From: Atractiella rhizophila
Lineage: Eukaryota
Assembly (NCBI GenBank): GCA_021432655.1
Contig: MU271577.1
Coordinates: 8,897-42,287, forward strand
Direction of reading: 5' to 3'
DNA length: 33,391 bases
The notes beneath the pieces are model-generated. The model had not been told where the DNA came from and ran no database searches. It saw only the letters and a program-made list of their open reading frames with translations. The translations under genes were made by a program, and so were the position numbers. Positions within the stretch are counted from its first letter, which is position 1. Each line of letters opens with the position of its first letter. Positions 11,343-22,589 of the stretch are shown in pieces.

Positions 11343-12437
11343 TTATGCGCTCTTTCCCGGTGCAACGTAGAGGACCTGAATGGGCTCTGGGAGTACCATC
11401 CTGCAATGATCAATCATGACCTCGAGGCTCCTTCGCTCACGAAAAACCGCGTGAACGGATGGCAAGATGACCAATCGGAGCTTAGGAAGGGAGTAAGAAG
11501 AAGCGGAGCCAGATTGGGCGGTGGAATTCAGTCTCAGGATTAAAGGAGTGATGCTCGCCATTTGGACATCGGTGTCGATATGGATCGTCTCGACGCTCGG
11601 TGGCAAATAATTCATCATGGCGCTATTGCCGACAGCGGTATGAAAGTGTTGCAACTTGGAGCAAAACCGTAACGCGCTCCAGTCAGGATCCCATGATGGA
11701 ACCCAAGATAAATATTCGAGACGCGGCGCGACGCGCAGGAACAACTCCCACTCGAGGGCCAATGGAGCGTTCAAGCTGATCAATTTGAGGGAAGAGAGCA
11801 GCGGAGGAGGTGGGTGCTCTAGTAGCTTTTTGAGATGAGCTTTGGTCATGAGACAGTGGTCCATATGAAATAGTTTCAGATTCGTGAAGGTAGATAGGAA
11901 TGAGTCGAAACTTCGCTCCAATTGTGACTCCCAATTGGCGAGAGAGAGGGAATGCAGCGCACGGAGCTGTGACAAGAGCGGTAAGATGGGAGAGCGGATG
12001 GTAAGCCGCAACTCGAGCGAGGTCAGATTACCTCTGATTGGTTGCAGGCTTTCTTGGAGGAAAAATGAGATCATCTCTGGATCGTCCTGAACACGTCGCA
12101 AATCGAGAGCGAGAGAGGAAACTGCGGGGACTTGTGTCAAAAGTTCCTTGGTGGGATTGAAGTCTTCTTGCGCAGGAATCTCCACATTCTTAAGCGACAA
12201 AAATTTTGTATGGACCTTGTAACTAGAGGTTGAGCGAATCAACTGTTCGCATTGCCCTAAGTGCGGCAACGTAATAGAGACGTAGAATTGTCGAAGAGCC
12301 GGACCAGCCAATTTGGGATGCACGAAGGCAAAGGCGAGAAGATCCTGTCGATTTTCTGGAGAAATGTGATTATCACGTTGTATGGCAAATTGAAAGATGA
12401 GATCCAGGACCTCAGGTGGAAGGGAGGTTAGTGACAT
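11343..12437 (-). CDS. F-box/LRR-like (RNI-like) protein, single exon, 364 aa
   Basis: ATG at 12437 begins MSLTSLPPEVLDLIFQFA (F-box LP.E.L..IF motif), followed by repeated LxxLxL units (NLTSLELRL, ALHSLSL, NLKLFHM, RLEYLSW, KLRLVIL). Confidence 0.8.
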   Translation of the reverse strand: MSLTSLPPEVLDLIFQFAIQRDNHISPENRQDLLAFAFVHPKLAGPALRQFYVSITLPHLGQCEQLIRSTSSYKVHTKFLSLKNVEIPAQEDFNPTKELLTQVPAVSSLALDLRRVQDDPEMISFFLQESLQPIRGNLTSLELRLTIRSPILPLLSQLRALHSLSLANWESQLERSFDSFLSTFTNLKLFHMDHCLMTKAHLKKLLEHPPPPLLSSLKLISLNAPLALEWELFLRVAPRLEYLSWVPSWDPDWSALRFCSKLQHFHTAVGNSAMMNYLPPSVETIHIDTDVQMASITPLILRLNSTAQSGSASSYSLPKLRLVILPSVHAVFRERRSLEVMIDHCRMVLPEPIQVLYVAPGKSA

Positions 12438-13765
12438 TTTAATTGTATGCACACTGTCTTCAATTGATGAGCTTTTGTACCTACGCGGAGGGATGTGTGC
12501 CTTACCTATAATTCTTAGCGCAATGTTGTACTGCTGCTGGGGGGAGGGGTAACCGTTCGACAAAGCAAAAAGGACCTCGAGATGATTTATAGATAGGGAA
12601 TATAGTTCCCTTTGTCAGCTATATCGTCCGGTAACCTAACGTGCGAGACGATAAAGGTCAGTACTTCAGTGTGTACACCGTGTAGATATGCCATGCCTAT
12701 CCATCGTAGTGGACGCCGTTGAAGCGAGAATTAGATCCTTTACTTGGTTATGACATGTCATTCACTTTGCGCAGCGAACGTTATCTAAGATCTTCTGCTT
12801 CTGCTTCTTGCAATATCCTTGCCACCAGCCATAAGGTTCACCTACTGTGAGGAGTGGATAGTGCAACATATTCACTGTATTCCATTTTAATTCAGGGAGC
12901 GATTTCAAGTATATGAAGGAGAGGAGCGGAGCTGAAACCTCAGTATGTGGAGGGGTCAGTACTTGGTTCGCTATTCTCTCTTGTCCCTTCCACCGCTAGG
13001 ACCACTTCTGAAATGTTGTACTATCAGATCGACGACTCAAATTGCAGTTATTGCATCCTTAGATAGACGTCGGCAGCTATAGGAGGGGACAGGTAGTGAG
13101 GAAGTTGCTCTGCAAAAGGAGATCTTGGGCGGCGTCCGCGTCACCAATTTCGTAAGTCTCCTGCAGCTTGCCTGTTTACAGTAATTCAAGATGGAAGAGA
13201 AAAATTGGACAAAGGGTAGATGAACAGAGCAGTGTTTGAATATGATGATGTATCATCCCTGCTCAACTATCTGGCAAATTTTGTCTTTGTTCGTGCTACT
13301 GTCATCTATCACGTTCTATCTCCTCCGCCACGAGGGTATATTTTGCCATTTCTCCAGCACCGAGCGCACCCGCGAGTTCCCTCAAACACCGGTTTGATTT
13401 TTGCGGACAATCGCTCAGTGCGACTGTGACCACTTGTCGAGCAGGAGGGCATCGCCCGAAAAATATATGAGCGATAACGAGGAATAACACACGAACTTTC
13501 AAGCTGTTTAGTTAGACCAGTGCTTGGATGGTCTATTTCGTCTGGACCTTGTCCAACTCCTTGAAGAAGGTTTATTCACATTTCTGACATTCTGCCTGCA
13601 ACGGACTGAGCAGGATGGTTCTATCTCCGAAATATTTAAAGAACCGATATTACTTCCAACTGACTCCACATAAAATCAGGTATCGCTTTATGTATGGCGC
13701 GCCGTGAAGTAGTAAGAACTGCCAGCGCCTAGTGAACGCAAGGCCGCGACCAGCCGAATAGTATC

Positions 13766-15755
13766 ATGAGCATCATCGTACTGAGCACGGCGAACTGGGT
13801 ACACCCCCTGTCCTCCTTGGACCTTGTCCCCCGTAACACTGAACTTTGGTTTAACAGGGACACGCTCGCCCTCTCCTCACCCTGTCTGTCACTTTCGCGA
13901 ACACATTCTCCTACCGCATCTTCTTCCTCGTCCAGGGCGACCTCATCGGCAAGCTCAAAAATGAGCTTGTAGGCCAAAAGGTTGACTCTTCCCGGGTCAG
14001 TTTGGTTGCCGTGGGACCTAATTACAAGAAAGCGAATCCCAACGCGCCCGGCAACTTTTTTCTGAAGTCGATGGAAGATCTGTACGCTTCCTTGGAAGGC
14101 TTGTTAGATGCTTTGAATAGCCGAAACGAGGTTTTCACGGATGCTCTAGATGTGGATCACGCTGTTGGGAACCTTCATCCAAAATGTATTTGGGAGGATA
14201 TGTGGGCTGGAAACGCAGGGGTGAGGAGTAGGAAGGCTGGAAAGCACAAGTTGCCAGTGTTAGCTTGGATCGTAAACCCAGTTCATGCATGGATGAGGTA
14301 TACCGTTGCCTTCGTATCCGAGCGTGACCTCCTGATTAAATGTGTAGGACGGTAGCGCCAGCAGAGGATGGCGGAGAAGCCGAAGTATTTGACGATGCTA
14401 GAGCGGTCTTTGATGACCCAACGCTGCGAAATGGTCGTAATTTTTATGAGATCGTCGCAGAGGTGGGTTTCTTCTCATTTCATCAGTGGACATTTATTGA
14501 GCACTCCAAAGTTTCTGCAACGCAATCCGCGTCGTGCATCAGATCATCTCATCAAGTTGGCCGGTTTTGAACCAATCTATGAATGGGAGGCAACGTTACA
14601 AGAAATGAAGATTTCCGATAATCCTACAGCCGCGCATGCATATTTGGAAGTCATCCCTCGACTACACGAGTTTAACAGGGAGGCGGATGGTCTCATCATT
14701 CACACCATAGAAGAATATGTGCGTTTCTCTCTTTCTTATCCAGGCCGCAAACGTACTGAAAGATGCACAGGAACCCCCTGACGCCCTTGTTGCTGGTTCG
14801 TTTTACTTCTCACTTTCCTTCTTTATCATTCTGATTCTGAATCTAGGTTATCGCGTGCTTGGACAGAATTCATCTCGTCCTCTCTTCCTCGTTGGCGCTC
14901 AACAACCTCCCAGCGTGTGGCAGGCTGGGGAGTTGAAAGCCGAAGGGAAATTGAAGCATCCCGTCGCTGTGCATGAAGCTGATACTAAGGCAATCGAGTT
15001 TCTTGATAAGTGCGAAACGACGTTTGGAGAGAAGACAGTATTATATGTAAGTTTCGGCAGCTTCTTTTGGCCGTAAGAGTTTTATTCGCTTCTAAATCAT
15101 TCGTTGAAGTGGGAACTGCAGATATGCGCATCCAGAGATCGTAGAAGATATGATAGAAACAATGCTAGACATTTCCCCTCCTCTGCCTATCATTGTCGCC
15201 CTCGCCTCACCATTTGCCTCTCTCTCTTCCAACTTACAAAACCGAATCGCCGAAAATCAAGACCGATGCCTCTTCCTTGATTGGGTTCCTCAAACCTTAG
15301 TTCTCCAACACCCAGCCCTTGGCCTCTTTCTCACACATGCCGGACAGAATTCCACGACTGAAACGCTCATCTTCGATGTCCCAACCATCCTCTGTCCGTT
15401 TACTGGTGACCAGGCGACTAACTCCATTCTTCTCTCCCAACACTTTGATTGTGGCATCGAATTGCTTCAGTTTCGCACTGGAGAAGCGATGAAGAAGGGA
15501 ATTGCTTTCAGAGGCGGGCCAGCTGGAACGAAGATTGAGGGAACAAGTGAAGCGAGAAGGAGTGAATTAAGGGAGGCGATTGGTAGAATGCGAAGCGGAG
15601 AGGAAGCACAGAGGAAGAGAAAGAACGCGGAACGGATAGGGAGAATTTGGAGAAATAGCGTGAAAGAGGGAGGGAGCGCCAATAAGCATTTGAGGGAGAT
15701 GGAGACATGGATCAGAAATGGCGGCGGCGAAGCAAATGGGCACTCTGTCATGTAG
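13766..15755 (+). CDS. UDP-glycosyltransferase (GT1/UGT family), about 7 exons, apparently intact
   Basis: N-terminal W|GHARP (catalytic His), LYVSFGS, and PSPG-like box WVPQTLVLQHPALGLFLTHAGQNSTTETLIFDVPTILCPFTGDQ. Exons join in frame with GT-AG introns. Confidence 0.95.
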
Positions 15756-15958
15756 CTCTTGCAATCGACCGCAAGCTTTTCACACAGGTTTCCCGCCACC
15801 CTTCATGAACACAGTATTTCCTCCCGTTCCTGATAGTCTAGAATGGGCTGAAGGAAAATAGAATTTAAATTTGCTTATAATACATGGAGTATCCAACACA
15901 ATTTTCCGACCTGTATAGACATAGCATGTTCTGGCATAATCAAGACTCCAATGTTTCC

Positions 15959-18900
15959 TCAAAAGAATTCTACCGTGGAGGCACCGCCCACAGACGGTCT
16001 TCCCACATCTGCAGTCTCCGTGTGAAGCATCGGTAGGCCTACAAAGGCTCCTCCCCCAACAGAGGAGGAACGAGGACGATTTTTGCGCTCTCTAGTCGTG
16101 AGTCGATCTGCAGTTTTCTGAAGTTTATCCATCACAAAGCCTTCCAACGCTTTCGTTCGCTGAAGTTCTCAAAGTCAGTACGCCAACGGAGATGCCCACA
16201 AAAACAAACCTTTCTTTCTTTGTCAAGCTGCACCTTCACCTCTGCTTCCCATTCCTCTCTCAACTGTAGATCTTTCAGCAAGCGTTTATTCTCTTGCTCT
16301 AATACGCCTATTCGTTCTCTCCATTCCTTCTCCACTCGTCGACGCTCTCGCTTCAAGTCTAGCTCCGGGTCTGTGTTTTTCAACACCTAATCCAAGCGTC
16401 AGCCAGTCTCGAGGTTGTGATGAACGCCCAAAATCGCTCACAACTTCAAGTTCACGTAGCTTTTGTTCCAGCTGAGCTATACGAGCAACCTTGTCGTCAT
16501 CAGTCGCGTTGACAGGTAAAGGACTGCGAGAAGCGAGAGAAAATTCCAGGTCGGCGATCTGTCGATGCTGGAAAGAGACCGTATCCTCAAGTTCGCCATT
16601 TTTCTCGCGTAACCGTTGAATTTGTTCATGCAACTAAGCATACCTTAAGTTAGAAGTAAATAACACTAAAGGAGCACGCACTGCAGCCACATCGTTTTCG
16701 TCATCGGTCTCGAACTGTGACGATCTGCTGGTTGTTTTTATCGGAGAAACAGGTCGAGGGATGATCTAGGCAACAGTAAAGCTAATCAACTTCGGTGTAT
16801 TGATTGGCAAGCTATCCGCTCACGCTTTCTCTGCGGGAATCGACATTCTGCGATGTGATGAATAATGTCTGAAGCTCCGAGATCTGGGACTTAATATCCT
16901 CGATATCCTATTCACTCGTCGTCAGTAAGACGAATGCCGCAGCGACAGACTTGCTTGTTGATCTTGGAGCTGGTGTCGAAGATCCACCTTCGCGGGCGAT
17001 TCCTGAGCTTTTTTCGCCGCGAGTTTATCTTGCAGTTCTTGGATCTACAGCTGTCGTCAGTAGTGGCTATAGAGAAGGATGTGTGGAACACAGACCGTTG
17101 CTTTGTACTTTGTGATCAAAGCTTTATCGTCCAGCACTTCGTGTTGTTCGGCATTCAACACAATCTTCTTTATTCGACATGCAAACCGCAACGTGCTCCT
17201 CGTCTCTTCTCGGGAACGAATGGAAGGATTCAAGGTACATATTACCGCGACCTTCGTGGTTTGTCAGCCTTACAGCTGAGCCAGAATACAGCACATACCC
17301 TCGCTTCACCAGACAAAGAAGAGTGGAGAATCTGGGTAAGCTTAGAGTCTCGAAAAGGAACGTGTGCACTACCGGGCTCTCAATGCGACAGTGAAAGGTA
17401 CAACGAAAAACCAACCTGCTTTTCTCCGTTAAAGCGCCAATGACCTTTTCGAGGGTAAGCAAACTGTATTCCGACAGGTGTGAGTGAAACAAGCTTTCTA
17501 TCCGGGTTCAGCTTACCTCCTGTTGATGAAACCCCCTTCAAGCCGTCTGTCCGCTTGTCCCGTCGCCTTTTCGCTTCCAGCGAGGTCGACCAAGCTCTGC
17601 AAAAAAAGATATTACCAATCACCGAGAAAAAGTAATGCAGAGCTTACCAATTTACTGATTCGTACTGCCGTGCCGATGGATGGTCGCCCCTTCCGTTGCC
17701 TTGGGAAGTCTTCGAGAGCGTCTCGGGATTCAATGGTCTGGAGACGGACAGTCGCTCGTCAGCAAGGAATCGGGGAACCAAATTGGCAATTGGCGCACAA
17801 GCTGGAAGACAGTGTGCGAACGACTACTTCGCGCATTGAAATCGGTCTCCCCTATCCCAACTCAATTGAGTCTGAATGGTGTCGTCAATGGAGAACATAC
17901 CAACGTGTCGGACCATCTCCCCACGCTGCAAAAGATGGAAGACCGCTTGTTCGCTGGTGACGAGTTCTTCCCGAAGTGGTGAAACGAAGAACCGTTTCTA
18001 TCTCACCCCACGTAAGGAGCATATTCTTACAGGAGATTCAAACAGGGCAGCCGACGAAAGCTTCATACCTGCGCATCCTGCCTGACTCTCAATTGACCAA
18101 CGGTGTCCGGCGCAAGCAGGTCTCTCAGCTGCTCGTTATAGATCTCGAGATAAGAAGCTCGGAGGAGAAACTCCCTCTGAGGATTCTGCGCACGGTCGTC
18201 GACACAGTGAGCTTGAGCTTGATGCCCACGAACTTTTGAAATGCTCACAGCGCGGATAAAAGCGAATATCTCGGAAACGGCGCGGGGTATTATTCCTGGA
18301 TTTCCATTTTGGCGATCCCCGGCCTGCGTTTCAGTTTCACAATAGGTTGTGCGACATGCATTAGTATTATAGACCAAGAGAAAACGTGGAGCGCACTAAA
18401 GTGAACGTTTTTCCCGAGGCGGTCTGTCCATAGGCGAATATTAAGGCATCATAGCCATTCGCACAGTCCCTTGAAACAGTTTCTCAGATATTGTCATGAA
18501 TGTATAGGACGGACTTACACAATAATATCCCTGGCGGCCTTGTTGTACACTGCCTTGTTACTGCTCCCAGTGACGACGGAATCTAATGTAGGCCTAAGTC
18601 GCCGCCTTCCAGCGCAAAAGACAAATAATTGCGCACCGAAACAGTATTCTGCGCCAGTATCCTCGTCGAATAGCTTCCCGCGACGCTCGTCAATATCCCA
18701 TACACCTGGCTCTTCGATATTTTTCACTCTGACGCAAACATGCACGTTGTCCCTGTCGTTGCTTCGTTGCTCACTTTCTAGCTCCACATCGTCCTCATTA
18801 TCCCATTCCTCCGCCAGCGTAGGACCCAAATCCTTCGCTGAAAAGGTAGGTGGCGGATTTGCGGTACTGCGGGAGAGCATTGGAGTGGAAGGCGTGCAAA

Positions 18901-19696
18901 GAAGCTCAGCTTGTTTGAGCCCGCTCCTGAATAACGGCTTGGAAGGCTTGTCTGCTCCTTCAGCTCCTGGTAGACCAATCTTCTTCCGCCTCACGGCGGC
19001 CGGAGTGACGGTTGCTCGAATGGACGACGGCTGGCTGGATTGTTGTTTCATTTGTGGAGTTTGAGGAATGGGGATCGAGGAGAGTTTGGACGCTCGAATT
19101 GCTGGGCGAGCGAGAGTCGAGTTGGTAGACAAGTGTTGAGACAATGGTGGTGGTGGAGAGAACGGTGTTGGAGAGCTTTGAGGGGTCGTAGATATGGGGA
19201 TTGAGAAAGAGGTTGGGGAGGAGACGGAGTCGATGAAGGAGAGGTTGGCGGCTGTCAGAGGAAAGACAGCGTTTGTGTTCTCCACATCGTTATCCGTCTT
19301 AATGGATAGACCCAATAACATATCCGCCAGCTCATCCTTACTTCCACTCTTCGATACCGCTCCTTTCTTGCCCTTCGGACTCAACTTGCTCCTCCGCAGA
19401 ATGGAACCGTCACCGTCCTCCTCCCTCTTCCTTGACGGCATAAATCTGACGCGCTCAGGTGTCCCAGTGACCTTGGACACTATCTCTGGCGAGATGGCCG
19501 TCGAGCTCTTCAAGTTCTTGGACGGAGAAGAAGTCTTGGATGGAGATCGAGGTTTGGAAGGGCTCTTTGGCGGTGACGATGGCGGGGTATAACCACCCGA
19601 CAAGATAGGCCGCGAGAAGAAGTCGTTAGGGTCATATACCGGCTTGGGAGGCTCGAACTCTGACGGCGAGACTGGGCGAAGCTGCTGTCGAGGCAT
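15959..19696 (-). CDS. Kinesin motor protein, probably kinesin-7 (CENP-E/Kip2-like), with a long disordered N-terminus and a coiled-coil tail (multi-exon)
   Basis: Motifs NVHVCVRV, IFAYGQTASGKTFT (P-loop), GIIPRAV, ASYLEIYNEQLRDLL, NARSSRSH (switch I), LVDLAGSE (switch II); C-terminal heptad-rich exons. The subfamily is inferred from the architecture. Confidence 0.9.
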
Positions 19697-19958
19697 CCTG
19701 CTGATGGTTGTTTGGGTAGAAACTTGTTCAACAAGAGTCACCCACGCGCTGTAAAAGCACGTGACTGAAAAAAGCCGCGCTATCCCGCGACAGAGTTAAG
19801 AAATCGCTAAAGCCGTCAACCCAATCTGTGAAATTGTCCGGCCGGGCGTACAAACACGATCAAACAATGGGGCGCTTCTCAGCAGAAAGCAGGTAAAAAG
19901 ACGAGGCTCATCAGTTGGACTTTGTCTCTTGCCCCGCCCACTTTTCATGCTATCAGCA

Positions 19959-21408
19959 ATGGCGGATTACATCAACCCCCAGCTGCTCGCCCACGACGCT
20001 TTCGCCTACCACCAGCCACCACCAGACATGTTCACGTCCCAACCATACCCCGAAAATCCCCTTTCTGCCCACTCAAGCTTGCAGAGCATCCATCCCGAAC
20101 CCAAACCGCCAAACGGTGGGTTTCAGTACGTCAATCCCGCCGAAGAAATCGACGACGATGAAGAGGACGAGGATGACGAGGAGGAAGGGCCGTCAAGGAA
20201 GAGAAAGCGTGGAAATACCGGTGCAAAGGGCAAGAAACCGCCTGAAGGGGGCAGGAGGAGCATTAACATTGCATACATCGACGATAGAGCTAAGAGGCAT
20301 ATCACGTTCTCGAAACGAAAATCTGGTATCATGAAGAAGGTACGCAATCTCGAAGCTTATCTCTCGAGGGTAGGATAGATCCGTAATCTCGCTCCACGTT
20401 GGGAAAAGGCATACGAGCTTTCTACCCTGACGGGAACCGAGGTTATGCTTTTGGTGGTCTCGGAGTCGGGTCTGGTATACACCTACACGACTCAGAAATT
20501 CGAGGCTATGGTTGCCAACGCGGAAGGCAAGAACATGATTACAGCCTGTCTAGTGTGTCTTTTCTAAATCTCGGGACCTTCTCGCTGAATATGCTCGGAA
20601 GAATGAGCAAATCAAAGTACACACGAAGAGCACCACGCCTCCGACTCCGCAGGGTTTGCCACACTCCCCCCGTAGTTTAGCCAAGCGTCCTCCTTCAAAT
20701 CCAACGATAAACGGAAATGAGGTTGTCCATCCTCAAATCCATGGCCAGCCTCCTTTACCTCCTTTACCTCCTATGCCGCAACCAGCAATCGACCCGAACC
20801 TGTCAAACATCCAACCGACAGGACTACCCATGCCTCCCAACCAGCAGCACTTGCAACACTACCCCATGCCCATTAATCCAGGTCTAGGCATCCATCACCC
20901 GCATCCCCAGCAGCAGCAGCAGCAGCAATCACAACCGCTTCATCATGACCCCCAAATGCTCGTCAATTCTTTCGTTCCAAATCCCCCAAACCCGATGGAC
21001 GGCCATCCCCCGCCGCCTCATCTCGTCCCCCTTCCACATCCCGGCCCTCCGATGCATCAACCCCCTCCTTTCCATCGTGGTTCTCTCCCCAATATCTCGT
21101 CCGGAGGCGATCCCAATCAGCCTGGCGCTGTGCTTTACTACCCGCAGCATCCCGATCCGAACCGTGTCATTCAATATGCGCCACCGCCTGTCCCACCTCG
21201 CAGTCACTCGCTCACCATCAATCCGAGCGCAGCCCTCATGAACGGTAACGCCCAAGGCCCGCCTCCCGTGCTCTACACCCCACCACCAAGTGGAGGCATC
21301 CTCAGAAACGTGCCTCCGGACAGTATGCAACCCCCTCCTCCCATAAATGGAGCCGCTCAGAACGGCATCGACGAGACCAATCAGGTCACTTTGACCCCTC
21401 CGACTTGA
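19959..21408 (+). CDS. MCM1: SRF-type MADS-box transcription factor (Mcm1-like) with Pro/Gln-rich C-terminus
   Basis: GRRSINIAYIDDRAKRHITFSKRKSGIMKK|AYELSTLTGTEVMLLVVSESGLVYTYTT.KF...EGKNMITACL is a MADS domain plus the SRF/Mcm1 extension. The acceptor of intron 2 is uncertain. Confidence 0.92.
20908..20928 (+). repeat. (CAG)6CAA microsatellite encoding poly-Q in the MADS-box protein
   Basis: cagcagcagcagcagcagcaa, in frame as QQQQQQQ. Confidence 0.9.
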
Positions 21409-22181
21409 TCCCGCCCAGAACCCAAATAGTTCCGCCTCTACGCTTAGGCTACCTCCGTCCCGTCTCTCATGGTTGTCTTGCCAGAACTGCTGCGTGTCTT
21501 TGGTGCTTCCTCCTGAGTAGTCCTGCTTGACAGTCGATCTATCCTGCCTATCTGTTGTCCCCTCGATTCAAAGTTTTGTGGTCGGTCTCGGTGAGAAATG
21601 CGTGAAAGCAGAGTCGGATTGCCTTTCACGACATCCATTCAGTCCAACTCTGCACGATTTTTTCTTCGTTTCATTCTCCGTCTATGCTAGAATTAGTCTA
21701 AGAAAGTCTTGAATAGTTCTCTAGGCAGTTGAATCTGTATGCATTCCGTTTCGAACTTCACGACTGCTTGTGGTCTCTTGTTCCTCGCTTCCTTCCTCCT
21801 CGATACCTCTCCATCCACGCTTTCTTCTTCTAACCTCACCTTTGTTTGACTTTAATGAAACTTGGTGCTGTACTCTCATTCGGCCATGTTACACCTCTCA
21901 CTTTTCTTCTTTTCTTGACACGACACGACCGTGGGATCGGCGCTTGCTCGCTTATCCCTCCTCACGCTTCCTCGCTACTTACTGTTGAATGGATTCATCT
22001 GAGAGCTTTCCTCTGATTGGGTTTCTGCTGGCCTCGTAGTATATAGCACTGTGATTTACTACCTACCGCGTTTTGATCTCAAGTTGCAATGTTTATGAAT
22101 ATCAATTGGTCACCATATACATTGCATGTCCGATCCATTTACTGCGCCGTTTTTCATTTGCTCTGTACTTTCCTCCATCGA

Positions 22182-22379
22182 TGCGCCCGCTGCCCGCGGT
22201 CGTCCAGACGATTTTCTCTTTCTGCGTCCCTGTTGGGTTCGTTTGCTTAATGTTAGACTCAGAGCTTCCTCCTGGAGCAACAGGGAGCAAACCGACCCGC
22301 GGCAGTTTGCGCACATGAACGTCTCTTTGCGCGTGAAGTGACCGTTCAGGTCTTCAGCTGAAATAATTGGGTGACAAGA
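22182..22379 (+). ncRNA. Candidate structured ncRNA (long hairpin, ANANNA, hairpin, ACA)
   Basis: GC-rich complementary arms 22182-22202/22293-22313 and 22227-22235/22278-22286; ACATGA at 22313-22318; a second hairpin; ACA at 22374-22376. No family recognised and strand uncertain. Confidence 0.3.
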
Positions 22380-22447
22380 GTGTTTTCAACAGAATCTGAT
22401 TGGTGGAGAAAGGCTGAAACGCCGAACTATGGATGAAAGTGGGAAAG

Positions 22448-22546
22448 CGATAAGGGGACACAAAAGGAAGGTTCGGCATTCTGGCGGAACGAATCTGGCG
22501 TTCAACCTTGTTGCTTATCGCGAGACAGGAAAGATAGCAAGATAAT
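22448..22546. promoter_or_regulatory. Cluster of four HGATAR (GATA-factor/AreA-type) sites upstream of urease
   Basis: CGATAA 22448-22453, TTATCG 22515-22520 (reverse), AGATAG 22532-22537, AGATAA 22540-22545, all within 145 bp of the ATG. Confidence 0.55.
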
Positions 22547-22589
22547 CGTCGAGGAATAGCTAGGTCTGCCTCTACTGGAACTGAAGGAG

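Noticed and set aside
13217..13308. Imperfect inverted repeat TAGATGAACAGAGC/GCTACTGTCATCTA enclosing ATGATGA (box C-like)
   Set aside because: No box D (CTGA) in a suitable position, and the arms are short enough to arise by chance.
11343..15755. F-box plus UGT as a possible secondary-metabolite cluster
   Set aside because: No backbone enzyme (PKS, NRPS, terpene synthase), transporter or cluster regulator; the neighbours are housekeeping genes.
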